Assembly: GCA_020444205.1 (NCBI GenBank)
Contig: JAHLLJ010000004.1
Coordinates: 9,284 to 73,283 of the forward strand
Length of the DNA stretch: 64,000 nt
From: Deltaproteobacteria bacterium
GTDB taxonomy: Bacteria; Desulfobacterota; Desulfarculia; Desulfarculales; Desulfarculaceae
Reading direction: 5' to 3'
Below the pieces are notes generated by a model. It searched no databases, had not been told where the DNA came from, and saw only the letters and a list, made by a program, of their open reading frames with translations. Of this stretch, positions 38,530-48,672 are shown piece after piece. Within the stretch, counting starts at the first letter, position 1, and each line of letters begins with the position of its first letter. Both the position numbers and the translations under genes were made by a program.

Positions 38530-39408
38530 GTGACGTTTGAAGCATTCGCAGGTCAGGCTCTGGCCGGAATCAGCCTGGGTATGGTCTGGTTTCTAATCGC
38601 CGCGGGGTTGTCCATCATCTTCGGCACCCTCAAGGTCCTTAACTTGGCTCACGGCAGCCTGTACATGCTGGGCAGCTTTTGCTGCTACCAGGTGACGGTG
38701 AGCTTGGCCAGCGTGCCGGGCAACTTCTGGCTCGCGGTGCTGGTCGCACCCCTGGTGGTGGCCTTGGTGGGCGGGGTCATCGAGGTGTTTTTACTGCGCC
38801 CCATCTACAAGGCCGAGATGATATATCAGTACATCCTGACATTCGCCCTGGTGCTGATCATCGCCGAGGCCTGCAAGATGATTTGGGGCACCGGCTACCA
38901 TAGCGTCGACGTCCCCTGGCCTTTCAAGGGATCAGTGGCCATGTTCGGGCTTTCTTTCCCCATCTACAACTTGTTCCTCATCGCCATGGGCCCCCTGGTT
39001 TTCATCGCCCTTAAGACCCTGATCGGCAAGACCGACTTGGGGCGCAACATAAGAGCGGTAACCGAGAACCGCGAGATGGCCAACGCCTTGGGCACCAACG
39101 TGCCGCGGGTATACACCGGCGTTTTCATGTTGGGCGCCTGGCTGGCCGGATTGGCCGGTTCGTTGTGGCCGCCGGTTTCGGTGGTGATGCTGGGCTCGGA
39201 CATGGCCGTAGTCATCGACTGTTTCATCATCGTGGTTATCGGCGGGCTGGGCAGCTTGGCCGGGGCCTTTGTGGGAGCCCTTATCCTGGGGCTGACCACC
39301 GCCTTTGGGCTCTATTTGATCCCCAAGTTGGCCGTGGCCTTCGGCTTCATCCTGATGATTATTATTCTGATAATTCGTCCCTACGGCTTGATGGGGGAGC
39401 CAGAATGA
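38530..39408 (+). CDS. livH: Liv-type ABC permease (GTG start)
   Basis: GLSIIFGTLKVLNLAHG, LGRNIRA, VIGGLGS, RPYGLMG. Confidence 0.9.
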   Translation: MTFEAFAGQALAGISLGMVWFLIAAGLSIIFGTLKVLNLAHGSLYMLGSFCCYQVTVSLASVPGNFWLAVLVAPLVVALVGGVIEVFLLRPIYKAEMIYQYILTFALVLIIAEACKMIWGTGYHSVDVPWPFKGSVAMFGLSFPIYNLFLIAMGPLVFIALKTLIGKTDLGRNIRAVTENREMANALGTNVPRVYTGVFMLGAWLAGLAGSLWPPVSVVMLGSDMAVVIDCFIIVVIGGLGSLAGAFVGALILGLTTAFGLYLIPKLAVAFGFILMIIILIIRPYGLMGEPE

Positions 39409-40376
39409 CGGCGAAGAGCATGAATCGAATTTCCCTGCTGGGCACCAGCCCCCGCAACGCCGTGATGCTGGCCGGCGCGATGATCGTAATGGTGGCGCTT
39501 CCCTATTTTTTGGGCCAGAGCTGGCTGAGCATAACCACCGAGATGCTAATTCTGGCCCTGGCCGCCAGCGCCCTGAACATCATGCTGGGCTACACCGGTA
39601 TGGTTTCCTTCGGCCCGGCGGGCCTGTATGCGGTGGGCGCCTACACCACCGGCGTATTGATGGAAAAGATGGGCTGGGGCATGCTGCCGGCCACTTTGGC
39701 CGCTCCGGTCATGGCCGGCCTGGTCGGCGCTTTGGTCGGCTGGTTCTGCGTGCGGCGCTCGGCGGTGTACTTCGCACTGCTCACCCTGGCCTTTTCCCAG
39801 GTCATCTGGACCGTGATTTTCCAGTGGTATTCGGTCACCGGAGGCGACGACGGGCTGGTCTCGGTGCCCATACCCGATTTTTTCTTCGAGATCACCAACT
39901 GCTACTACTTTATGCTTGCCGTGGTGAGTGTGTGCCTGTTCGCCATATGGAAGATCGTCAACTCCCCCTTTGGCATGACCCTGCAGGCCATACGAGAGAA
40001 CCCCAACCGGGTCGAGTTCATCGGGGTAAACGTCAAGCACTATCAACTGGCCTCCTTCGTCATATCCAGCATGTTTTTGGGTATCGCGGGAAGCATGTTC
40101 TGTGTGTTTAGCGGCAGCGCCTTCCCGGACTATGCCTATTGGGTCAAGTCCGCCGACATGCTGGTCATCTGCCTGCTGGGCGGCATCTACAACTTCTTCG
40201 GCCCCCTGGTGGGTACCGTGGTCTACACGGTGCTGACCAAGATCATATCCGAGTACACCATGCACTGGCACCTGATCTTGGGCGGCATAATCGTGCTCAT
40301 CATTCTGGCCATGCGCAAGGGCGTTGTAGGCACCTTGTCCGCGTACTGGGCCGGCCGCAAAAGCGCGGCAGCCTAA
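39405..40376 (+). CDS. livM: Liv-type ABC permease
   Basis: GYTGMVSFG, YFALLTLAF, TGGDDG, SPFGMTLQAIREN; ATGA overlap with livH. Confidence 0.9.
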   Translation: MTAKSMNRISLLGTSPRNAVMLAGAMIVMVALPYFLGQSWLSITTEMLILALAASALNIMLGYTGMVSFGPAGLYAVGAYTTGVLMEKMGWGMLPATLAAPVMAGLVGALVGWFCVRRSAVYFALLTLAFSQVIWTVIFQWYSVTGGDDGLVSVPIPDFFFEITNCYYFMLAVVSVCLFAIWKIVNSPFGMTLQAIRENPNRVEFIGVNVKHYQLASFVISSMFLGIAGSMFCVFSGSAFPDYAYWVKSADMLVICLLGGIYNFFGPLVGTVVYTVLTKIISEYTMHWHLILGGIIVLIILAMRKGVVGTLSAYWAGRKSAAA

Positions 40377-40391
40377 GGAGGGTTGAGAACC

Positions 40392-41135
40392 ATGCTGTTG
40401 GAGGCAAAAGGGCTCAGCAAATCCTTCGGAGGGCTCAGCGCTGTTTCCGAGGTCGATCTCACCATCGGCAAGGAGGAGCTGGTTTCCATAATCGGGCCCA
40501 ACGGAGCGGGCAAATCCACTTTGTTCAACCTTATCACCGGCCACATCCGCCCGGACAAGGGTACGGTGGAATACAAGGGCGAGGATATCACCGGCCGCAA
40601 ACCGTACGTCATCTCCCGCATGGGGGTAGGGCGCTCTTTTCAGAAACTTAATATTTTTCCTCGCCTAAGCGCGTTTCAAAACGTGCAGGCATCATTGTTC
40701 TCGGCAAAAAAGAAAAACCGCAAGCTGTTCGCCGATTCCAGCCGCATGTTGAGCGAGGAGGTCGAGGAGATACTGCAGAGCGTGGGGCTGGGAGGCCAGT
40801 CGGACACCCTTGGCGGGTTACTGGCCCATGGGGACCAAAAGAGGCTGGAGTTGGGCATCGCCTTGGCCCTGAATCCGGACCTTTTGTTGCTGGACGAGCC
40901 CACCCAGGGCATGAGCCCCGGCGAAACCGTGGAAACCACCGAGTTGATCCGGGACCTGGTGCGGGCCAGGCACATCAGCCTTGCCTTTGTGGAGCACGAC
41001 ATGAGCGTGGTGTTCGGCATTTCCGATCGAATCAACGTTTTGCATCAAGGAATGCTGATCTTCAGCGGCAGGCCCGAAGAGGTCAAAGCCAACGAAGAGG
41101 TGCAGCGGATCTATCTGGGTAAGGGTGAGGAGTAG
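40392..41135 (+). CDS. livG: Liv-type ABC ATPase
   Basis: GPNGAGKS, LAHGDQKRLE, LLLLDEP, VEHDM. Confidence 0.92.
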   Translation: MLLEAKGLSKSFGGLSAVSEVDLTIGKEELVSIIGPNGAGKSTLFNLITGHIRPDKGTVEYKGEDITGRKPYVISRMGVGRSFQKLNIFPRLSAFQNVQASLFSAKKKNRKLFADSSRMLSEEVEEILQSVGLGGQSDTLGGLLAHGDQKRLELGIALALNPDLLLLDEPTQGMSPGETVETTELIRDLVRARHISLAFVEHDMSVVFGISDRINVLHQGMLIFSGRPEEVKANEEVQRIYLGKGEE

Positions 41136-41836
41136 TGTTTCTCAAAGTTGAAAACATAGACACCTACTACGATGCCACCCACATCCTCTTTGGGGTGAGC
41201 CTGGAGGTGGCCCAAGGGGAGACGGTGAGCGTATTGGGCCGCAACGGGGTGGGCAAGACCACCTTGCTCAGGAGCATTATCGGCCTGACTCCGCCGCGCA
41301 AAGGGAAAATATATTTTCAACAACGCAAGATAAACGGCCGCCAGCCGTTTCAGATAGCCCGCCAGGGAGTGGGCTTCGTGCCCGAGGACCGCGATATCTT
41401 TCCCAATCTCACGGTCAAGGAAAACCTGGAGATGGGGGTGCAGAAAAACAGCGGACGTAGCGGGTGGGACCTGGACAAGATTTACACTTTGTTTCCGATC
41501 CTCAAGGAGCGGCGCAATCAATGGGGTGGCACCCTTTCCGGAGGCGAGCAGCAGATGCTCACCATCGCCAGGACTCTGATGGGCAACCCCAGCCTGCTGT
41601 TGTTGGACGAGTTGTCCGAAGGGTTAGCCCCCCTGGTGGTGAAGGCCATCAAGGAACAGATTCTGCTCATCCAGAATGAGGGTGTGACTATTCTTATTTC
41701 CGAGCAGGATTCCTCGTTTGTCTTGGATGTTTCCAGCCGCTCATATATTTTGGAAAAAGGCCAAATATGCTGGCACGGGCAATCCCAGGAATTGCGGGAC
41801 GATTCCACGATTCTGGACCGCTATCTGGGGGTGTGA
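41135..41836 (+). CDS. livF: Liv-type ABC ATPase
   Basis: GRNGVGKT, LSGGEQQML, LLLLDE, YLGV. Confidence 0.92.
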   Translation: MFLKVENIDTYYDATHILFGVSLEVAQGETVSVLGRNGVGKTTLLRSIIGLTPPRKGKIYFQQRKINGRQPFQIARQGVGFVPEDRDIFPNLTVKENLEMGVQKNSGRSGWDLDKIYTLFPILKERRNQWGGTLSGGEQQMLTIARTLMGNPSLLLLDELSEGLAPLVVKAIKEQILLIQNEGVTILISEQDSSFVLDVSSRSYILEKGQICWHGQSQELRDDSTILDRYLGV

Positions 41837-41915
41837 GTGGCGGCGCGAGGCGTGTTGCATAGGGGTTGATTTATAAAGGGCCAAACAAGGCCCCTAGAGA
41901 GGGGAGCCATCTATC

Positions 41916-43019
41916 ATGAAGACTACAGGCGCGGTTTTATACGAGCACAACAGCCCCCTGGTAATCGAGGAACTGGAGCTGGATCCGCCCCAGCGGGGCG
42001 AAGTGTTGGTGGAGATGAAGGCGGCAGGAATCTGCCATAGCGATTTGTCGGTGCTCACAGGCGTGTTTCAGATGCCTCCCTTGCCTTGCATACCCGGGCA
42101 CGAGGGCGCGGGCATCGTGCGCGAAGTGGGGCCGGGAGTGGAAAAGGTCAAGCCGGGGGACCACGTGATGATTCTCTGGGCGCCCTCCTGCGGGCATTGC
42201 TTTTTCTGCCAGCATGAGCAGCCCTATATGTGCGACTTCCGCGAGTTCACCCGCGGGGGCATGATGCCCGACGGAACCCACCGCTTGAGAAAGGGCGACA
42301 TCAATATCTACAACATGACCGGGGTGGGCACCTTTAACCGCTTCAACGTGATGACCCAAAACTGCGTATTACCCATCGACAAGGAAATACCTTTTGAGAT
42401 AGCCGCCCTCACCGGGTGCGGGGTGATCACCGGGGTGGGCGCGGTGCTCAACACCGCCAAGGTTAAGCCCGGCAGCAGCGTGGTGGTCATCGGCAGCGGC
42501 GGCGTGGGCATCAACGTGATCCAGGGCTCCATTTTGGCCGCGGCCACCAAGATCATCGCGGTGGACCTGCTGGACAACAAGCTGGAGATGGCTAAGAAAT
42601 TCGGCGCTACCCACACCATCAACCCCAACAAGGAAAACGTGGTTGAAAAGGTGATGGAGCTCACCGACGGCAGGGGCGCGGACTATGCTTTTGACGTGGT
42701 GGGCAGCCCGCAGCTGGTGGCCCTGGGCGTGGACGTGATCCGCCGTGGCGGCAAGGTGATCATGGTGGGCATGGGGCCGGCGGACCAGAAGCTGGACCTC
42801 CCCCTGACCCCATTGCTGGTCATGGAAAAGTCGTTGATCTCTTGTTACTACGGCTCAAGTGATATGTGCACCGATCTGACCATGCTGCTGGATCTCTACA
42901 AGATAGGCCGCCTGGACCTGGATTCGTTGATCAGCAATCGCTATAGCCTGGAGGAGATCAACCAAGGCTTTGCCGACCTGGTGGCCGGCAAGAACCTGCG
43001 AGGTGTGGTGAATATGTGA
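41916..43019 (+). CDS. Zn-dependent alcohol dehydrogenase (MDR family)
   Basis: GICHSD, GHEGAG, structural CGHCFFC-x7-C, GCGVITG, GSGGVG. Confidence 0.93.
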   Translation: MKTTGAVLYEHNSPLVIEELELDPPQRGEVLVEMKAAGICHSDLSVLTGVFQMPPLPCIPGHEGAGIVREVGPGVEKVKPGDHVMILWAPSCGHCFFCQHEQPYMCDFREFTRGGMMPDGTHRLRKGDINIYNMTGVGTFNRFNVMTQNCVLPIDKEIPFEIAALTGCGVITGVGAVLNTAKVKPGSSVVVIGSGGVGINVIQGSILAAATKIIAVDLLDNKLEMAKKFGATHTINPNKENVVEKVMELTDGRGADYAFDVVGSPQLVALGVDVIRRGGKVIMVGMGPADQKLDLPLTPLLVMEKSLISCYYGSSDMCTDLTMLLDLYKIGRLDLDSLISNRYSLEEINQGFADLVAGKNLRGVVNM

Positions 43020-43172
43020 TCAGAGGGTTGCCTTTGAATATTCACTCTAAGTGATGAATGAACATTGGTGCGTTGAAATATTAGGGGGGAGCGTCTCCGC
43101 CGGCGCCCGGATCCTCATGCTGGTTGGAGGGTAGAACTGTTCGGGTAATTTAAGCGGGGGCGTAATTATTAC

Positions 43173-43205
43173 GAACCCCAGCCTTCTGCAAGAGGGTTGG
43201 GGTTC
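43173..43205 (+). terminator. Terminator-like hairpin downstream of the ADH gene
   Basis: GAACCCCAGCCTTCT-GCA-AGAGGGTTGGGGTTC followed by AACTTT. Confidence 0.65.
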
Positions 43206-43381
43206 AACTTTATCCCCTGTGGCGGCATTGGCTGGACAGGCTGCACGCAGTGAGATATATAACTGGAAACTTGGGAAATATCTCCCATTGTCGAGATCGA
43301 TTAATTCGAGCAGACCATTAAACGCCGGCTGGTTCCGATTGACTGCTTATTTACCACCGGCGAAGGTGAAACGACTGGACA

Positions 43382-44098
43382 ATGCCCAAACAAGGCAAAG
43401 CTAAAAGCGCCAAGGGAGCCTCCCGCAAGGGCGTGGCCATCGAAGAGGCCTATCAGCGCATCAAAGAGATGCTCTATCTCAACCAACTGGCTCCGGGGCA
43501 GAAGATCCACTACGATGATATGTCTCGGCGCCTGAATATCTCGGTCACTCCGGTGATACAAGCGCTCAACCGCCTGGAGGCCTCGGGCTTGGTGGAATAT
43601 GTGCCCAACAAGGGTTATTTCCTGGGCGAGATCAACGAGCAGGAAGCCAAAGACCTTTACGAGGCGCGGGAGGCTTTGGAGATTTATCTCATCCCCAAAG
43701 TGGTGGAGAAGATAACCAACAAGAAGCTTGACGAGGTGCGCAAGACTTTCGCCCGCCAGCGGGTGGGCCAAAGCGATCAGGCCAGGCGGCAGTTCATTTT
43801 GGTGGATGCCGAGTTCCACCTGCGCATTGCCAAGATTGCAGGCAACGAGGTGATCTACCGTCTGCTCAAGGACGTGTTCGAGAAGATATTCCTCAAATAC
43901 CGCCCCGAATACCTACACAGCGACACCTTCAAGGGTATCTACCGGGAGCACAAGGAGCTCTTGGATGCACTGCGCCAGAGGGACGTGGAGCTGGCCAAAG
44001 AGACCACCCGCGCCCATCTGGCCTCCGGAGCCAAAAGAATTATCCAAAGCCTGCGCGCCCAGTCTGACAGCGAGTCAATGCTGGACGTGGACCTCTAG
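43382..44098 (+). CDS. GntR (FCD) regulator, paralogue 2
   Basis: SVTPVIQALNRLE, PNKGYF, REALE, DAEFH. Confidence 0.92.
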   Translation: MPKQGKAKSAKGASRKGVAIEEAYQRIKEMLYLNQLAPGQKIHYDDMSRRLNISVTPVIQALNRLEASGLVEYVPNKGYFLGEINEQEAKDLYEAREALEIYLIPKVVEKITNKKLDEVRKTFARQRVGQSDQARRQFILVDAEFHLRIAKIAGNEVIYRLLKDVFEKIFLKYRPEYLHSDTFKGIYREHKELLDALRQRDVELAKETTRAHLASGAKRIIQSLRAQSDSESMLDVDL

Positions 44099-44122
44099 CC
44101 TGCTTGGCGGCCTGACCGGGCT

Positions 44123-45085
44123 TCAGGCCCCGGCCAAACCGTTTATCACTTCTTGCGCTTCAGCCACGGTGCGGCTTATCAGCTGGTCCACGCTGGGCAG
44201 GTCCTGGCAACGCTCCACCACTTGTCCCGCGTAATAAAGACCTTTATCCTTGCCGCCATCGGCCCAGCCCTGACGGGCAAGCTGACCGGATATATACGGA
44301 GCTAGCTCTTCAAGGCCCGCGCCTTGATTTTCCAGCCTTGCCACTTCCTCGCTCCAAGGAGTGCGCAAAACCCGCCCGGTGTTTTTGAGCGAACCCATGA
44401 CAAGCATGGTGTCGGCGGCCTGGGAGTCCAGGTAGAACTGCTTGAGGTCGGGATGCCCGGGGCATTCCTTGGTCAAGATAAAGCGGGTGCCCATGTTGAT
44501 GCATTGGGCGCCCAAGGCCAGGCCCGCGGCCAGGGATCGGCCGTCGCAGAAACCGCCGCCTCCGATCACCGGACACTCCACTGATTTGACCACCTTGGGG
44601 ATCAAAACCATGGAGCCCAGACCCGCCTCGCCCGGATGGCCGCCGCACTCCATCCCCACCACGGAGATGGCGTCCACGCCCAGGGACTGGGCCTTAATGG
44701 CGTCGCGGATGCGGGCGCATTTGTGGATGTGAAACAGGCCTGCCTCCTTGATCTGATCCCGATAGGGCTCAGGGCTGCGGCCCGCGGTTTCCAAGATTCC
44801 CACTCCACATTGGGCAACAGTGCTTATCAGCTTGCCGATGTCGCTGGCCGACAGGCTGGGGAACAGGGAAACGTTCACCCCAAAGGGGCGTCTGGTTATG
44901 GCCCGGGTCTTGTCTATTTCTTCGCGCAGGGCCTCTGGGTCGGGATTGATGGCCGAGGCAATGCAGGCCAAGGCGCCGGCATCGGCAACCGCGCCCACCA
45001 ACTCCGCCTTGGATAGCCATTGCATGGTGCCGCACTGAATGGGATGTTGTATCCCAAGCCGTTTGGTCAATTCATTTGAAAGCAT
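44123..45085 (-). CDS. Nitronate monooxygenase / FabK-like FMN oxidoreductase
   Basis: LGIQHPIQCGTM, PFGVN, ECGGH, VIGGGG, MGTRF. Confidence 0.88.
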   Translation of the reverse strand: MLSNELTKRLGIQHPIQCGTMQWLSKAELVGAVADAGALACIASAINPDPEALREEIDKTRAITRRPFGVNVSLFPSLSASDIGKLISTVAQCGVGILETAGRSPEPYRDQIKEAGLFHIHKCARIRDAIKAQSLGVDAISVVGMECGGHPGEAGLGSMVLIPKVVKSVECPVIGGGGFCDGRSLAAGLALGAQCINMGTRFILTKECPGHPDLKQFYLDSQAADTMLVMGSLKNTGRVLRTPWSEEVARLENQGAGLEELAPYISGQLARQGWADGGKDKGLYYAGQVVERCQDLPSVDQLISRTVAEAQEVINGLAGA

Positions 45086-45128
45086 AAAATTTTCTCACAA
45101 TGATGAATTTCAGGGCAAGCTTCACCAT

Positions 45129-47072
45129 CTAACCTGCGTTTTGTGGGGTATGCAGGCTACCGTTCAGTTTAAAGGGCCCGATTTTGGCTAGGATATAAAG
45201 TGCTATCAACAGGGCCAGGCCCGCTAGGTCGGTGGGCAGATGGGGGAACAGGAACAAAAAGGCCGTGCAGAAAATCAGGCCCCTGTACACCCAGGGCAGC
45301 TTGCCGAATCCATAAAGATTTCCTTCCAAGCTTCCGGCCAACAGTATGCAACCTATCAAGGCGGAGACAACCGCGGTTATTACATCTGCTGCGCTACCAT
45401 CCAGGATCATGGCGGGATTGAGCACGAACAGGAAGGGTACTATGTACTTGGCCGATCCCAGGCGCATGGACAAGAAGCCGGTCTTCATGGGGTCCGAGCC
45501 TGCGATGGCCGCGGCGGTAATGGCCCCCAGGGCCACCGGCGGGGTTATGTAGGAAAGGCAACCCCAGTAGAGCACGAAAAGGTGCGCGCCCATCTCGTTG
45601 AGCCCCACGCCCACCAAGGCGGGGACCAAGACGATGGCCAGGAACACATAGCAGGCGGTCACGGTCATGCCGATGCCCAACACAAAGCTGGTAAGCGCGC
45701 CGAAGACCAGCAGCAGCACCACGTTGCCTCCGGCATAGAGCACCAGCTCCCGGCTGAAGGAGTTGGCCACGCCAGTGCAGGAAAGGGCTCCGATGATCAG
45801 GCCCACACCCGCCAAAATGCCGGTGATCTGAGCCAGCAGGCGGCCGGAGTCCACCAGAAAACCGATGAAGCTGCGCAGATTGAGACGGGTTGCGCGGCGT
45901 AGCATAGAGCAGCCGAACAGGAAGATCATCACGAAGAAAGGCGCCCAGGCCTCGGTGCGCATGTAAAACAGTATGACCACCAACATGATGATGGTTCCCA
46001 GGAAGAACCAGCCCTTGCGCAGAGTGTCGCCTATGCGGGGGAGTTGGTCCCGGGGGATGCCGCCCATGTTGTGGCCCAAGGCATGCAGGTCCACTTGCAA
46101 CAACAGGGTGAAGTAATACAAGAAGGCCGGGAAAAAGGCCGCCAGCATGACCGCGGAGTAGGGCACGTTCAGGAAAGAGGCGATCAAAAACCCCGCCGCG
46201 CCCATGACCGGGGGCATGATGGAGCCGCCGGTGGATGAACAAGCCTCCACCGAGGCGGCCCACATGGGGCTGTATCCGGTCTTTTTCATAGCCGGGATGG
46301 TCATGGAGCCAGTGGTGACCACGTTGGATATAACGCTGCCGCTGAGGCTGGCCATGAAAGCGCTGGATATGACCGACACCTTGGCCGCGCCGCCCCGGCT
46401 ATGCCCCATCAGGGACATGGCGAAGTCCATGAAGAACTTGCCGCCGCCTGTGGAGACCAGGGCCACGCCGAAGATGATGAAACCGATGAGCAGGTTGCCC
46501 ACGACCCGGGTGGGAATGCCGATGATGCTTTCCACGCCCATGGCATGGTAACGCACGGTTTCCAGCAGGCTGAGCTCGTTGCCCCAGAGGAAGCCGGGCA
46601 TGTATCCGGCAAACAAGGGATAGACAGAGAATCCCAGGCATATCCAGAACAGGGAGCCGCCGCCGGCGCGTCGGACTCCTTCCAAGGCCAAAAGACAAAG
46701 CACGCCGCTGGCGATGGTTGGCAGGTTGGGAGCTGCGAACTCCCATCCCTTGGTCAGGATGTTGTAGGCGTTGGCCCCAAGGTACAGGTTGATGACCATG
46801 CTCAAGATGAACAGGCCCCAGTCGTACCACATGACCTTGGCGTTTCCCGCTTTGCTGCCGGGAAAAAGCAAAAAGACCAGGGATAGGTAGGTAGCCAAGA
46901 TGTAATAGTAATAGGCGTTGCCTATGGGCATGAATCCACCCAGCTTCAGGTGGAAGATCTGGTTGATACACAGCAAAGTGCCCAGCACGGATAGGACGGC
47001 GGCCAATACGTAAACCACCTTGGAGGACCTGACCCGCATCGGTTTAATGCTTTCACGCGGCATGTCGGACAT
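45129..47072 (-). CDS. TRAP transporter fused 4TM/12TM permease
   Basis: SRGGAAKVSV, SGSVISNVVTTG, STGGSIMPPVMGAA, ITPPVA; highly hydrophobic. Confidence 0.93.
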   Translation of the reverse strand: MSDMPRESIKPMRVRSSKVVYVLAAVLSVLGTLLCINQIFHLKLGGFMPIGNAYYYYILATYLSLVFLLFPGSKAGNAKVMWYDWGLFILSMVINLYLGANAYNILTKGWEFAAPNLPTIASGVLCLLALEGVRRAGGGSLFWICLGFSVYPLFAGYMPGFLWGNELSLLETVRYHAMGVESIIGIPTRVVGNLLIGFIIFGVALVSTGGGKFFMDFAMSLMGHSRGGAAKVSVISSAFMASLSGSVISNVVTTGSMTIPAMKKTGYSPMWAASVEACSSTGGSIMPPVMGAAGFLIASFLNVPYSAVMLAAFFPAFLYYFTLLLQVDLHALGHNMGGIPRDQLPRIGDTLRKGWFFLGTIIMLVVILFYMRTEAWAPFFVMIFLFGCSMLRRATRLNLRSFIGFLVDSGRLLAQITGILAGVGLIIGALSCTGVANSFSRELVLYAGGNVVLLLVFGALTSFVLGIGMTVTACYVFLAIVLVPALVGVGLNEMGAHLFVLYWGCLSYITPPVALGAITAAAIAGSDPMKTGFLSMRLGSAKYIVPFLFVLNPAMILDGSAADVITAVVSALIGCILLAGSLEGNLYGFGKLPWVYRGLIFCTAFLFLFPHLPTDLAGLALLIALYILAKIGPFKLNGSLHTPQNAG

Positions 47073-47137
47073 GATTTTTTCCTAATTATTAATTCTGACG
47101 GTTTGCCCGTAATCACCTAAGAAAATACAAAAAACCG

Positions 47138-47172
47138 GTTTGGCCGGCGCCAGGGGACGGCGCCGGCCAAAC
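47138..47172 (-). terminator. Terminator-like hairpin between TAXI SBP and permease
   Basis: GTTTGGCCGGCGCC / GGCGCCGGCCAAAC 14-bp stem; minus strand continues CGGTTTTTT. Confidence 0.65.
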
Positions 47173-47184
47173 TTACCTTATGTC

Positions 47185-48339
47185 TTATTCAGCCAAGGCT
47201 TCGGCCCGAACCTTGAGCCAGAACTCCTTGAACTTCTTTTCCTTGATCTTCTTGGCGGTCTTTTCATCCAGGGCCTTTTCCCAGGCGGCCTGGAGCTTCT
47301 TCATGTGGGCAATACGCGCGTCGTTCCAGGCCTGGGCCTCGGCGTTCCATACGCCTTTTTCCTTGAGGTAGCGGATGGCGCCCTCGTGGAAGGGGGCGTC
47401 TGCCGGAGGCTTGCCGGATTTCTTGATGGTCCACAGGGGCATGACCTTGTGGGCGCCCTTGTACAGTTCAAAGGTTTCATCCATGGCCTTGGTCATGTTG
47501 TAGACCCAGTTGGCGTCCTTGTTGGCATACACGGTGATCATGGGGTAGCGGTACTCGGCCAGCCACACCGGCTTTTCCGGGGAAATACCCGCACCGATGG
47601 TTTCCTGGGCCGGGGCCAGGAAGGGGGCCACCTTATTCATGCGCTTCCAGGCGGCCTTGTCGTCGGGCGGGAAGGGGATCCAGTAAAGGCCGCGAGCCGC
47701 AGTCTCCAACTCGTACATAATCGAAGCCGAGGTGACGGTGACCGAAGCGTCGGTCTTGCCCTCGATGAGAGCCTTCAGGGAAGAGGCGTAGCTGGGGAAC
47801 TCCACCTTCTTCACGTCCTTCCAGGTCAGGCCCGCGAAAGCCAGGAAGGCGTCCATTTTAACGTTCAAGGTGGGAGCGCCGGGCACATAGGACACCCGCT
47901 TACCCTTGAGGTCCTTGAAGGCTTTGATGCCCGAATCCTTGGTGGTGGCCAAGGCGATGGTGGCCGGGTGGGCCAGGATCACCCTAAGGTCCTGAGGGCC
48001 CCACTGCACGGTCGCGAAGTCGTACAGACCCTCGGAAGCGAAATAAACCTCGTTGGCCAAAAAGCCGCAAGCCACCCGGTTGGCGGTAAGGGGCATAAGA
48101 CGGCCGATGGAGGTGCCCGAAGGCAACAGGCGGATGCGCATGCCGAACTTCTTGCCAAAAGCGTCGGCAATGGCCGAGGCCTGCATATAGCCCGAAGAAC
48201 CTACGTCGTAGCAACTCCAGACCATGGTTTTAGGCATATCCACCTTATCACCTGCCCAGACGGTAGGCGCCGCGGTCATGGCCAGCGCCAAAAACACGCC
48301 CAGGAAAAATATAATTTTCTTTTTGACTAAGTTTCTCAT
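47185..48339 (-). CDS. TAXI-family TRAP solute-binding protein (start re-called at MRNLVK)
   Basis: Signal peptide, DLKGKRV, VYNMTKA, PFHEGAIRYLKEKG; upstream of the fused permease; AGGAGGG RBS. Confidence 0.9.
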   Translation of the reverse strand: MRNLVKKKIIFFLGVFLALAMTAAPTVWAGDKVDMPKTMVWSCYDVGSSGYMQASAIADAFGKKFGMRIRLLPSGTSIGRLMPLTANRVACGFLANEVYFASEGLYDFATVQWGPQDLRVILAHPATIALATTKDSGIKAFKDLKGKRVSYVPGAPTLNVKMDAFLAFAGLTWKDVKKVEFPSYASSLKALIEGKTDASVTVTSASIMYELETAARGLYWIPFPPDDKAAWKRMNKVAPFLAPAQETIGAGISPEKPVWLAEYRYPMITVYANKDANWVYNMTKAMDETFELYKGAHKVMPLWTIKKSGKPPADAPFHEGAIRYLKEKGVWNAEAQAWNDARIAHMKKLQAAWEKALDEKTAKKIKEKKFKEFWLKVRAEALAE

Positions 48340-48672
48340 GATCTTTCCCTCCTTATTCATGAAAACCATTTCATGACCTACTCCTAAGCGGGGTCGGCCT
48401 AGTCCGTGGATGAAACCCTAAATAAAGGCTTAAGGAAACGAGTGACTAGTGAGTTGGAAAATCGAAAGGACGAGTTAAGGATAACTGTTGCGGTGCCCAG
48501 TCTGGGCAAGGCAGAGGAGAATGCCGAGCAGACGCAAAAGGAAGGATCCACACGCAGCGGATTGCTGATTAGCGCATGAATCGAATTTAAACAACCGGCC
48601 CTCAAAATTATTCCCCAATATGTAAATCAGGCAAAAGGGAATAAGGCCAATCAGGCGCTCAGTGTTGTGTTT

